56,450 nucleotides of DNA from Armatimonadia bacterium. GTDB taxonomy: Bacteria; Armatimonadota; Zipacnadia; Zipacnadales; UBA11051. The stretch is taken from positions 1 to 56,450 of the forward strand of contig JBDKRC010000223.1 of the NCBI GenBank assembly GCA_039683575.1, in the 5' to 3' direction. Under the pieces are notes generated by a model, which was not told the origin of the DNA, ran no database searches, and saw only the letters and a list, made by a program, of their open reading frames with translations. Shown in pieces: positions 9,636 to 18,514 of this stretch. The translations under genes were made by a program, and so were the position numbers. Positions within the stretch are counted from its first letter, which is position 1. Each line of letters opens with the position of its first letter.

Positions 9636-10406
9636 CTAAAGGCAGGTCCATGCCGGGGGCACTTCGTAGAAGAGCACTCTCAGAGGGGCGAAATGATCAC
9701 GCAAGTGCTCGCAGAAGTGCCGCAGGCCGGGGTTCTCGCTCCCGGCATGTGAGGTTTCGATCAAGGGCACGCCAGCGTCAGCCGCATAGCGCATGGCGTA
9801 CTCATCGCTTTCGCCAGCGATCAGTCCGTTGGCCCCTTTGGCAATCACTGCCTCAATGAAGCTGACATTCAGGCTAAGGCCTACTCCGCCCCACGGGCAG
9901 CCTACGCGTGACACCACGGCCTCAAGGTCGCCGGAGACCCTCAGGGCGTCCATGCCCATCGCGGCCTTCACCCGCCCCACAAGCTCTCTCAGCGTCACCG
10001 GCTCAATGTCGAATACCTGCGTATAGCCCTGCGCCGGGTCCCACTTCCCCAAGCCCAGGAGCGACACCGCGTCGCCGAAGATTGAGAAGCGGTCAGCGGT
10101 TGTGTGGCACTGGTACAGCGTGATGTCGTGCTTCGAGAGCGCGGTCAGACGCAGCCGGTTGGTGGTCCAGGTCGCGTAATTCTCAAGGCCGGGGTTGATG
10201 TGTGCATAGGGAAAGTGCAGCGATTCGTGGCAGATGATGAAGTTGCAGCCCTTGGCCGCCGCATACTCAATCGCTTCGACGGTGGCCATCCATGTCACCA
10301 GGAGCCCCGACACCTCAGCTGCGGGATTGCCCCAGCGGAAGATCTCTTCGCCACCTTTGGGCGGGGCGAGCGTCTCGACGTAAGCGACGATCTCCTGTGC
10401 GGTCAT
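9636..10406 (-). CDS. Nif3-like dinuclear metal centre protein (divergent paralog)
   Basis: IICHESLHF, YQCHTTAD, TSHAGSE correspond to Nif3 HHP, HTxxD and GHxxxE motifs; RBS gagg before ATG 10406. Confidence 0.8.
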   Translation of the reverse strand: MTAQEIVAYVETLAPPKGGEEIFRWGNPAAEVSGLLVTWMATVEAIEYAAAKGCNFIICHESLHFPYAHINPGLENYATWTTNRLRLTALSKHDITLYQCHTTADRFSIFGDAVSLLGLGKWDPAQGYTQVFDIEPVTLRELVGRVKAAMGMDALRVSGDLEAVVSRVGCPWGGVGLSLNVSFIEAVIAKGANGLIAGESDEYAMRYAADAGVPLIETSHAGSENPGLRHFCEHLRDHFAPLRVLFYEVPPAWTCL

Positions 10407-10458
10407 GGCAACCTCTTCCGGAGGAAACGGCTTGCGTGGCGCGAAATGGTCCGGCGCG

Positions 10459-11064
10459 ATGAGCCACTTCCGCATTTCCGGCGCCGAGTCCTCTCTCCGC
10501 CGCTCATTCTATCTGCAGCCCACCGTTGACGCGGCTCGGGCGCTGCTGGGGCATCTGCTCGTCCATGAGAGCCCGGAAGGCGCGACGGGCGGGATCATCG
10601 TCGAGACCGAGGCCTACCTATCTCGAGGCGATCCCGGCTGCCATGCCTCCATCGGCCGCACGAGGCGCAATGAGCCCATGTTTGGGCCACCGGGCCGTGC
10701 CTATGTCTACGGCATCCACCAGTGTGTCTGCCTGAACCTCGTTACGGCGCCTGAGGGCGTACCGGAGGCCATCCTGATCCGCGCTCTGGAGCCGACGAAC
10801 GGCATTGAGCTGATGCAGCAGCGTCGTGGCCTGACGCGGTTGCAGGATTTGTGCTCCGGGCCGGGGAAGCTAACTCAGGCGCTGGGGGTGACCCTCGCGC
10901 TGAACCGGGCGGACGTCACGAAGCCGCCGCTGTATGTAGGGGCCAAGGTAGTCGCGTCCAGCCATGTTGTCGCAACGACTCGGATCGGCCTGCGCCCCGA
11001 GAAGGGCGCCGACCTGCCGCTGCGGTACTATTTCGCCGAAAACCCGTATGTTTCGCGTCGCTAA
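10459..11064 (+). CDS. mpg: DNA-3-methyladenine glycosylase (Mpg/AAG family)
   Basis: IVETEAY, MFGPPGRAYVY, AILIRALEP, LCSGPGKLTQALG, TRIG motifs. Confidence 0.92.
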   Translation: MSHFRISGAESSLRRSFYLQPTVDAARALLGHLLVHESPEGATGGIIVETEAYLSRGDPGCHASIGRTRRNEPMFGPPGRAYVYGIHQCVCLNLVTAPEGVPEAILIRALEPTNGIELMQQRRGLTRLQDLCSGPGKLTQALGVTLALNRADVTKPPLYVGAKVVASSHVVATTRIGLRPEKGADLPLRYYFAENPYVSRR

Positions 11065-11079
11065 TTGGAGGAAAATCCG

Positions 11080-11895
11080 ATGATGAAGCTTTCGTTCATG
11101 ACCTTCGCCACACCGGACTGGGACTTGAACAAGATCCTGACCGGGGCCATCCGCTATGGCTATGATGCCGTCGAACCCCGCGCAGAGGCCAACCACAAGC
11201 ACGGCGTGGAGCTTGAGGCGACCAAGAAGCAGCGCAAGGAACTGAAGGCTGCCTTCAACGATACCGGCATCGCGCTGTGCTGCATCGCCACCTCCCGCAC
11301 CTACGCCATGGCCGAGGCCGACAAGCGCGCCGAGAGCGTGGAGCTTACCAAGCGCTACATCGATCTGGCCCATGACACCGGGGCGCCAACGATCCGGGTC
11401 TTTGGCGGCGGCACGCCACAGGGCGCAGACTTCGCCGACGTGAAGAAGTACGTGGCCGAGGCGCTGCGCGAGTGCGCCGAGTATGCGAAGTCAAGCGGCG
11501 TATATGTGTGTATGGAGACCCACGATGGCTACATCAACGCCAACGACGCGGTCGAAGTGGTGCGCAACGCCGACAGCCCCATGGCAGCCATCAACTGGGA
11601 CATCATGCATCCCTGCACCGCCGGAATGACCATCGCCGAGGCTTTCGAGGTCGTCAAGCCGTACGTGAAGCACTGCCACGCGCACGATGGCACGCGCAAA
11701 GAGGGCGGCGGCTGGGACCTGGTGCCGATGGGCACGGGCGAGATTGACCACGCCGAGGCCATCCGGTACCTCGCGAGCATCAACTATGACGGGGCCTTCT
11801 CAGGGGAATGGATCGCGTGGCAGCCGGCTGAGGAACTGCTTCCGCGCGAGGCGGCAGTGATGAGGGAGTATCGGGCGGCAGCGTACGGCAGCTAG
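11080..11895 (+). CDS. sugar phosphate isomerase/epimerase (xylose-isomerase-like TIM barrel)
   Basis: METHD, NWDIMH, HCHAHD, GTGEID and FSGE metal-ligand pattern. Confidence 0.85.
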   Translation: MMKLSFMTFATPDWDLNKILTGAIRYGYDAVEPRAEANHKHGVELEATKKQRKELKAAFNDTGIALCCIATSRTYAMAEADKRAESVELTKRYIDLAHDTGAPTIRVFGGGTPQGADFADVKKYVAEALRECAEYAKSSGVYVCMETHDGYINANDAVEVVRNADSPMAAINWDIMHPCTAGMTIAEAFEVVKPYVKHCHAHDGTRKEGGGWDLVPMGTGEIDHAEAIRYLASINYDGAFSGEWIAWQPAEELLPREAAVMREYRAAAYGS

Positions 11896-11906
11896 GTCGC
11901 TCCGCT

Positions 11907-11986
11907 CTGTAGGGCGGGGGCTCGTACCCCGCCGCTGTTCCTGGTCATTGACAACGGCCGGCGGGGTACAAGCCCCCGCCCTACAG
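11907..11986. repeat. GTAG-type REP inverted pair between convergent genes
   Basis: ctgtagggcgggggctcgtaccccgccg (11907-11934) and gcggggtacaagcccccgccctacag (11961-11986); the second arm overlaps the ade stop codon. Confidence 0.9.
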
Positions 11987-13666
11987 CTGCATGACAGCGG
12001 ATATATGCTCAAACCGCGTGACATCGAACAGCCCGCGGTCAGTTAGCTTGAGTTCGGGGATCACCGGCAGGGCCATGAATGACAGGGTCATGAAGGGGTG
12101 CGACAGCGGGCATCCTAACTGCCGGGCGGAAGCTTCGAGCTCCCGCGTCGCCTGTGCCACCTCCGCTGCCGAGAGAGTGCTGATCAGGCCAGCCACCGGG
12201 AGCGGCAGGAGGTTCAGCACCTTGTCCCCCACAGCCGCCGCCTGTCCGCCGCCCGCCGCGACCACGGCGCGGGCTGCGGTGGCCATTGAGACTGCATCAG
12301 CACCGACCACCAGCAGATTGTGGGAATCGTGGGCCACCGTGGAGGCCAGGGCGCCTGCCTTCAGGCCAAACCCTCTGATGAAGCCGCGGCCCACGTTGCC
12401 GTTGCGGCCGTGACGTTCCAACACCGCCAGAGCGAGCACGTCCTGCGCGGCGTCAGGCAATACGCAGCCCCCGTTGACCCGCAGCGTCGCCTCAGCCGAC
12501 CCCGTCACTATCGCCCCATCGAAGGCTACGATCACACGCGCCTGCGCCTGCTCTGCGGCATCTGGAGCAGCCACGAGGAAGACATCTGGGTCGAGGTTGG
12601 GGACGTGGCAGGTGCAGGGCAGCGCCTGTGAATCAGCCTGTACCGGCGCCAGCAACTTGCCATTTTGTACCACCAGCTTGCCCGACTTGACCACCGCGTT
12701 GACTTTGAAGCTCGCCAGGTCGCTCACCGCCGCAAGATCGGCCACATAGCCAGGGGCCAGTGCCCCATGGCCTAACAGCCCGAACCGGGCGGCCACATTT
12801 GCAGAGACCCCTCGCACGGCATCCAGCGGCGCCACACCCAGGCGCACCGCCTGCGAGAGCAGGTAGTCGAGGTGACCGCGATGCACGAGGTCATGGGCAT
12901 CAAGGTCATCGGAAACGAGTAGGCAGCGGTCACGCTTGTCGCCCCGCAGCAGCGGCGCCAGCGCCTGCAGGTTGCGCGACGCCGAGCCTTCACGGATCAT
13001 GAGCCACATCCCCGCCGCAAGCTTCTCAGCGCCCTCTTCAAGCGTCGTTGCCTCGTGGTCCGACTCCGGCCCAGCCGCCACATACGCCTCCAGCGCTGCG
13101 CCCGTCAGCCCCGGAGCGTGGCCGTCGATGGGCTTGCCAAGCGCCGCCGCGAGCTTGGCCAGCATCACCGGATCGCGGTTGATGACGCCCGGGCAGTTCA
13201 TGACCTCGCCCAGGCCCAGCACTTCCGGCCACTTGAGCATCTCGGCGATGTCGGCGACGGTGATTTCAGCGCCGGCAGTCTCAAAAGGCGTGGCGGGGAC
13301 GCAACTGGGGGCCATGACGCGAACGTCGAGGAGTTCGTGCGGGGTATTGTCGAGGAGGTAGCGCGCGCCGGACAGGCCGCAGACGTTAGCTATCTCATGG
13401 GGATCGGCTACCACGCCGACCGTGCCGTGTGGCACCGCCGCCGCGGCGAACTGCCCCGGCAGCAGCATGCTACTCTCCAGATGCAGGTGCCCATCCCAGA
13501 AGCCCGGCAGCAGTACCTGCCCGGGAAGGTCGAGTGTGATGGCGCAGGGGTAGTCGCCAAAGCCGAGGATGCGGTCCCCGGCGATGGCGAGGGGGGCATC
13601 GATGAGTTCGCCTGTCTCGACGTCAAGCGTCTGTGCACCGGTAATGAGCAGGTCAGCCGTTTCCAC
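11981..13666 (-). CDS. ade: adenine deaminase
   Basis: DGHLHLESSM, DPHEIANV, EVMN, DGHAP, SDHE, IREGS, STVAHDSHNL, LPVIPELKLTDRGLFDV motifs. Confidence 0.95.
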   Translation of the reverse strand: METADLLITGAQTLDVETGELIDAPLAIAGDRILGFGDYPCAITLDLPGQVLLPGFWDGHLHLESSMLLPGQFAAAAVPHGTVGVVADPHEIANVCGLSGARYLLDNTPHELLDVRVMAPSCVPATPFETAGAEITVADIAEMLKWPEVLGLGEVMNCPGVINRDPVMLAKLAAALGKPIDGHAPGLTGAALEAYVAAGPESDHEATTLEEGAEKLAAGMWLMIREGSASRNLQALAPLLRGDKRDRCLLVSDDLDAHDLVHRGHLDYLLSQAVRLGVAPLDAVRGVSANVAARFGLLGHGALAPGYVADLAAVSDLASFKVNAVVKSGKLVVQNGKLLAPVQADSQALPCTCHVPNLDPDVFLVAAPDAAEQAQARVIVAFDGAIVTGSAEATLRVNGGCVLPDAAQDVLALAVLERHGRNGNVGRGFIRGFGLKAGALASTVAHDSHNLLVVGADAVSMATAARAVVAAGGGQAAAVGDKVLNLLPLPVAGLISTLSAAEVAQATRELEASARQLGCPLSHPFMTLSFMALPVIPELKLTDRGLFDVTRFEHISAVMQL

Positions 13667-13678
13667 CAGGCGCCTCCG

Positions 13679-14392
13679 TTACCACGCCTCCGAGGGGTAC
13701 AGCATGCGCTTGCAGTTCTGGCACTTCACGACGATCTTGCCCAGCTTCATCGCTTGCAGCGCTGACTGCGGCAGCACTGTTTTGCAGGTCTTGCAGAGGT
13801 TGCCATCCACGCCCGATACGGCTATCCCCTCGTGCTTGGCGCGCAGGGCGTCGTATTCCTTGAGCAAGGCCGCGTCTATCTGGGGCACCAATTCCTGCCG
13901 CTTGGCCAGTAGCTCCCGCATCTCCCCCTCGAGCTTGGCCCGCGCCTCGGCATAGTCGGCCATGGTCTTGTCGTGGAGGCTCTGGGCCGCGCCTGCCAGA
14001 CGCTCCTGTCTGGCCACTTCCTGCCGTGCCGCCTCGATCTGCTCCATGAGCTCCAGCAGTTCATCCTCAAGCCGGGAGGCCTTGCGCTTGAGTTCCTCGA
14101 TCTTGCGCTCGAGCGCGCCGAGTTCCTTGGCGTCGCCCACAGTCCCGCCGTAGGCCTTGGCGGATTTGGACTTCCGCTCTTCATCCGCGCTCTTGAGCTC
14201 CAACTCCTTGGCGCGATTGGTGGCTTCGAGGCCCTTGAGCTTCTGCTGGGCGGCTTCGAGCGCTGCCTGCAGCGTTGCCAGTTGCTTGCCAGACTTGGTC
14301 CCGTCGTCCAGCCCCGCAATCCATGCCTTGTGCTGCATCAGACTGCTGTCGATCTGCTGCAGGTCATACAGGCGCGCCAGTTGTTCCTTCAT
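13679..14392 (-). CDS. coiled-coil C4 zinc-ribbon protein (DUF164, HP0958/CT398-like)
   Basis: LYDLQQID start, long coiled coil, CxxC...CxxCxRML; follows nif3, a common arrangement. Confidence 0.88.
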   Translation of the reverse strand: MKEQLARLYDLQQIDSSLMQHKAWIAGLDDGTKSGKQLATLQAALEAAQQKLKGLEATNRAKELELKSADEERKSKSAKAYGGTVGDAKELGALERKIEELKRKASRLEDELLELMEQIEAARQEVARQERLAGAAQSLHDKTMADYAEARAKLEGEMRELLAKRQELVPQIDAALLKEYDALRAKHEGIAVSGVDGNLCKTCKTVLPQSALQAMKLGKIVVKCQNCKRMLYPSEAW

Positions 14393-14403
14393 TCCGTGGC
14401 CTC

Positions 14404-15201
14404 CTACTGCCTGCCGGAGACAACCGTCTCCAGCGGCTTCTCTTCGGCAATGCAAATTCTAAGTCCGGGAAGCATCTGCTCCAACTGCTGCTTTAGTACC
14501 GCCAGCACGGGGCGTTCGGTCGCGAGATGGCCGGCGGCGATGACCGCCAGCCCTCTGCCGCGTGCCTCCAGCGCCTCATGGTGCTTGAGTTCGCCCGTCA
14601 GCAGCACCTCGGCGCTTGCCTCGGCAACGGTCCCCGCCATGTCCCCACCCGCCCCGGGGACCACGGCTATGCGACGGACCATCCTGCCCAAATCGCCAAT
14701 GACACGCACGTCTGCCCCGAGGCGTGTCGCTACGTCCTGCGCGAAGCTCCCCAGGGCGACAGGCTCTGGCAGATAGCCGCGCCGCCACAAGGCTGCTGGC
14801 GCTGCCGGCTCATCTTCGGGTGCCCCCGGCGCGTCCTGCAGCCCAACAGCCCTCGCCAGCGCCAGCGGTGTGCCGACTGTCGTGGCCTTGTCGAGATTGG
14901 TGTGTGCTACATATAAGGCCATATGGGCCCTGATCAGTTCCACGGCTGCGTCGAGGGGCGGATTCCCGGAGGCCAGGGTGGTCAGCGGCCGGAAGATCAG
15001 CGGGTGGTGGGCGAGCACCGCGCTACAGCCGGCAACCTGCGCCTGAGCCACGACCTCGGAGGTCGCATCAACCGCCAGCGTTACACCGGTTACCGGGTCG
15101 GCAGGAGCCCCAACCTGCAGGCCTACATTGTCCCAGTCCTCGGCCAGCGACGGGGGCGCGAGTTCTTCCACGGCATGTACCAGGTCCGCGACTATCGTCA
15201 T
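14404..15201 (-). CDS. Nif3-like dinuclear metal centre hexameric protein
   Basis: AEDWDNVGLQVG, AHHPLIF, AHTNLD, TGELKHH, AGHLATE. Confidence 0.92.
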   Translation of the reverse strand: MTIVADLVHAVEELAPPSLAEDWDNVGLQVGAPADPVTGVTLAVDATSEVVAQAQVAGCSAVLAHHPLIFRPLTTLASGNPPLDAAVELIRAHMALYVAHTNLDKATTVGTPLALARAVGLQDAPGAPEDEPAAPAALWRRGYLPEPVALGSFAQDVATRLGADVRVIGDLGRMVRRIAVVPGAGGDMAGTVAEASAEVLLTGELKHHEALEARGRGLAVIAAGHLATERPVLAVLKQQLEQMLPGLRICIAEEKPLETVVSGRQ

Positions 15202-15223
15202 GAGTAGTACCGCCTGCCACAGA

Positions 15224-15250
15224 TTAGCACTCACGCATCGAGAGTGCTAA
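15224..15250. promoter_or_regulatory. CIRCE element (HrcA operator)
   Basis: exact consensus TTAGCACTC-N9-GAGTGCTAA. Confidence 0.95.
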
Positions 15251-15258
15251 ATCGGGTA

Positions 15259-15286
15259 TTGACTTTCAGTATTGAGGGAGTATAAT
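15259..15286 (+). promoter_or_regulatory. sigma70-type promoter of the FmdB/Ruc-like gene
   Basis: TTGACT-16 nt-TATAAT, 8 nt downstream of CIRCE. Confidence 0.75.
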
Positions 15287-15318
15287 TTCCTGCAGTTGTT
15301 GCCAGGAGGGCTGTTTCT

Positions 15319-15603
15319 ATGCCAATCTATGAATATGAATGCCAGAAGTGCAAGAGCGTCTTTGAGGTTCAGCAGTCCTTCTCGGACGAGCCACTGACGA
15401 AGTGCACAAGTTGCGGCGGCAAGGTCCGCAAGCTCTTCTCCCCGCCCGCCATCATCTTCAAGGGCTCGGGGTTCCACTGCAACGACTACAAGAGCAGCGG
15501 CGGCCCGAGGAAGTCCTGTCCCGCGGCCTCCGCCGACTCCAGCAGCAGCGAGACCAAGTGCGACAAGGCTGATGAATGCAAGGGCAAGTGCGCCGCCAGC
15601 TAG
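15319..15603 (+). CDS. FmdB-family zinc-ribbon protein (Rv0991c/Ruc-like)
   Basis: MPIYEYECxxC...CxxCGG...IFKGSGF plus a Ser-rich tail; RBS aggagg. Confidence 0.9.
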   Translation: MPIYEYECQKCKSVFEVQQSFSDEPLTKCTSCGGKVRKLFSPPAIIFKGSGFHCNDYKSSGGPRKSCPAASADSSSSETKCDKADECKGKCAAS

Positions 15604-15627
15604 GCCTGCGCCAGCCTTTGTTTGAAT

Positions 15628-15660
15628 AGCGCCTCCCCCTGTGGGAGGCGCTTTGCTTTG
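15628..15660 (+). terminator. intrinsic terminator
   Basis: agcgcctccc/gggaggcgct stem followed by a T-rich tract, between convergent genes. Confidence 0.75.
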
Positions 15661-15673
15661 CGGTGGAGGCCGA

Positions 15674-16711
15674 CTATTCGTCGACCTCGAGAATCACCTT
15701 CAAGGCCCCTGTCTTCACTTTGTCTCTCGCCACCTCAAAGGCCTTTGCGGCTTGTTCCAGGGGGAAGCGATGCGTTATCATCGGGCCCACACGCACCCGG
15801 CCATCGGCGAGCAGACGCAGCGCAATCTCGAAATCCTCGTAGCGATGGTTGCTGCAGGTCATCAAACGGCGCTCGCCTGCCAGCGTTGCCGGCCCCAAAG
15901 TCAGCCCCTCCGCAGCCCCGGCCATGAGGACCATCGTTCCGCCCCGCCGCAGTTTCCCCAGCCCCATTTGCTGAGCGCCCAGGTCGCCGGTGGTATCGAA
16001 GACCACCCCGAAGCCCTCACCGGTCAGAGCCTCTGCCCCACCCTCCCGCAGATTAGCCGTCCTGCCCAGCCCCAGTTCGCGGGCGCACGCCAGTGGCGTC
16101 TCATATACATCCGCCACCACCGCCTCGCCCGCCCCCAGGGCTTTCGTTGCCTGCGCGATGAGCAGGCCGATGGGCCCACCCCCCAACAGCAGCACCGCAT
16201 CGCCGGGAAAGCCCCCTGCCACGCGCGCTGCATGCACTGCTACGGCCAGGCCGTCGAGGAAAGTGGCCTCGTCGACCGACACCCCCGGCGGCAGTTCATA
16301 GACATGCTCCGACCACACTGGACAGTACTCCGCCATGCCTCCGGGGTTCTGGCCCTCCCAGCCCGCCCCGTGCCCGAGGTGGGCGGTGTGGGCGCAGAGC
16401 TGCATCTCACCCCTGCGACACTCTGCACAGCGGCCACAGGACTTGAAAGCGAGACAACCTACGGCTGTGTCGCCACGGTATCCACCGATCTCGTGCCCCA
16501 GTACCATACCCGGCGGATTCGGCTTCTCATAGCCAAGGGTGTGCTTGGCCCAGGGGTTCTCACCAGCGAAGTAGCGAAGATCGCTCCCGCAGATTCCGCA
16601 GGCGGCGATGCGCACCAGTTCCTGCCCCGGCAGAAGCTCCGGGACTGGCACATCTTCGACAGTAAGCTGCTCGGGACCTTGCAGGACGACCGCCCGCATG
16701 GTGGAGGGCAT
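15674..16711 (-). CDS. zinc-dependent alcohol/polyol dehydrogenase (MDR family)
   Basis: CGICGSD, GHE, CxxCxxC...C, GGGPIG. Confidence 0.92.
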   Translation of the reverse strand: MPSTMRAVVLQGPEQLTVEDVPVPELLPGQELVRIAACGICGSDLRYFAGENPWAKHTLGYEKPNPPGMVLGHEIGGYRGDTAVGCLAFKSCGRCAECRRGEMQLCAHTAHLGHGAGWEGQNPGGMAEYCPVWSEHVYELPPGVSVDEATFLDGLAVAVHAARVAGGFPGDAVLLLGGGPIGLLIAQATKALGAGEAVVADVYETPLACARELGLGRTANLREGGAEALTGEGFGVVFDTTGDLGAQQMGLGKLRRGGTMVLMAGAAEGLTLGPATLAGERRLMTCSNHRYEDFEIALRLLADGRVRVGPMITHRFPLEQAAKAFEVARDKVKTGALKVILEVDE

Positions 16712-16782
16712 AGACGAGACACCTGTGGGAAAGAATGGGGAGAGGTTTCGACGCGAGGGAGGGTTGCGCCTGCAGGGCCAGC

Positions 16783-17598
16783 CTAGTCCGTGCGGATGAA
16801 TTCGGCGCGGATGCCTGGCTGTGGCGCGGTCAGGTCCATGAGACGCACATCATCCAGGTGCATTGCCGTCGGTTCCACCGTGGCCGCGGGCCGTATGGGG
16901 TCAACCGCAGAGGCGGGCATGGAGATGCGCTGGACGGCCGGGCGCACACGGGCGTCAGGCAACACCGCGACCACCGAGCTGGCGGGTGAGCCCTTGGACA
17001 CTGCCGTGGCCATCACCGGACTACGCCCCCGCCGGACGGCTATCAGCGACCGCGTCACCGTTCTCACTCGCGGCACTGTGGCCACATGGACGGGCCGTTG
17101 CCGCAGCTCGCGGGCCACGACACGCGCCACAGGTGTCACCCTCGGGTGTATCGTCCGCTCCAGGGGCCGTGCCGGCAGGTCGGAATGGCGCGCGGCGCGC
17201 TCGGTGGGAGCCTCTGCCACGACGACAGCCGCTGGTTCGTCGCTGGAACCGGCCGCGCCGACACGCAGAATGGCGACCAGGCAGATGATAGCCCCACAGA
17301 GGAGGCTTGCACACGTGGCCATGAAGGCGGGAGAGCCTAACGCGCGTTCATGCAAGGGCCGCGGGCGGTACTGCAGACGCAGTTGGACAGCGTTCTTGAT
17401 TTCGGAAGCAAGGGTTGGGGGGGGTGAGGGGGTATTGACCTCGCCGAGGACCATTTTGGCCAGCCTTGCCGCCTCCACTGCCTGATGGCAGTGGGCGCAG
17501 GTCTTCAGATGCGCGACGACTTCGCGGCGTCGCTCCTCGTCGAGCGTCCCCGCCACATGGTCCTCAGTTAGTCTCTGTACATCCTCGCAAGGCAGCAT
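16783..17598 (-). CDS. zf-HC2 (ZAS) transmembrane anti-sigma factor
   Basis: HLKTCAHC (HxxxCxxC), one TM helix, directly downstream of the ECF sigma gene. Confidence 0.85.
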   Translation of the reverse strand: MLPCEDVQRLTEDHVAGTLDEERRREVVAHLKTCAHCHQAVEAARLAKMVLGEVNTPSPPPTLASEIKNAVQLRLQYRPRPLHERALGSPAFMATCASLLCGAIICLVAILRVGAAGSSDEPAAVVVAEAPTERAARHSDLPARPLERTIHPRVTPVARVVARELRQRPVHVATVPRVRTVTRSLIAVRRGRSPVMATAVSKGSPASSVVAVLPDARVRPAVQRISMPASAVDPIRPAATVEPTAMHLDDVRLMDLTAPQPGIRAEFIRTD

Positions 17599-17659
17599 CG
17601 TTGACGCGCTCTTTGCGTTACTTGATCGGTGGGCTCAGGGCCCTGCCGTGGCTATGACT

Positions 17660-18319
17660 CTAGTTCGAGGCCGGCTTCTCAACATAGCGGCGGAGTCTGC
17701 GACCGAAGGCCTGCCGTGCCCGGGCCAGTCGGGATTTCAGCGTACCCAGCGGGCATCCGATGATCCGCGCCGCCTCTTCATATTCAACGCCCTCGAGGTC
17801 TATGAGAGCGATAACAGCCCGATGGTGCGGGGACAGGGTCTGTATTACGGCCTGCACGAGCTGCTGGAGTTCCCGCCGCTCGGCCACATCGTGGGGCATC
17901 CGTGAAAAGTCCGGAATGCTCCGCTCCATGAGCCCGCTGTTGGTCTCCACCATCTCGTCGAGGGAGGGGCCCTCGATCTGGTAACGCCGCTTGCGCCGTC
18001 TTAGTTCGTTGATGCAGGCGTTCACCGCGATGCGGTAGAGCCACGTGCGGTAGCTCGACTCACCCTGGAACTGAAACTTCCGCAGCGCCGTGAGCGCCCG
18101 CAGGAAGATGTCCTGGGTCAGGTCCTCGGCCTCGCCCGGCCCGCACATGCGGTAGACGATACCGAATACTTTCGAGTGGTACTTATCAACGAGCGCGGAG
18201 AAAGCGAGCGCGTCGCCTTCCTGGGCCGCTTTGACCAGATATACATCATCCTGGGCGGCGGCGGCGGGCTGAAGGGACCGGGAATAAGCTCCGGCTCTGG
18301 CATAGGCCGACGGGACCAT
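17660..18319 (-). CDS. ECF RNA polymerase sigma factor
   Basis: AEDLTQDIF, TWLYRIAVN, YEEAARIIGCPLGTLKSRLARAR; start 18319 or 18328. Confidence 0.95.
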   Translation of the reverse strand: MVPSAYARAGAYSRSLQPAAAAQDDVYLVKAAQEGDALAFSALVDKYHSKVFGIVYRMCGPGEAEDLTQDIFLRALTALRKFQFQGESSYRTWLYRIAVNACINELRRRKRRYQIEGPSLDEMVETNSGLMERSIPDFSRMPHDVAERRELQQLVQAVIQTLSPHHRAVIALIDLEGVEYEEAARIIGCPLGTLKSRLARARQAFGRRLRRYVEKPASN

Positions 18320-18514
18320 GGTTGCCACCTTTGTGAGGAACGTCTCCGGCTTTCAACGACGGAGGCGGGTGCAGCCTCGCGGTCACCGCGAGTGCTCCCG
18401 GAAGCCACTGCGTCCTATTGGCCTAGATGCCACATATGGCGCAGTTCTTCCCCAAGCATGTCCCGAGCAGACCTATGAAGCTCGCGGAACGGGTGGAGAT
18501 GGAGAGTCGCTCGA

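Noticed and set aside
18423-18447. ECF autoregulatory promoter GAACTG...TCTA on the minus strand
   Set aside because: Spacer of 14 nt is shorter than typical and there is no second instance to support it
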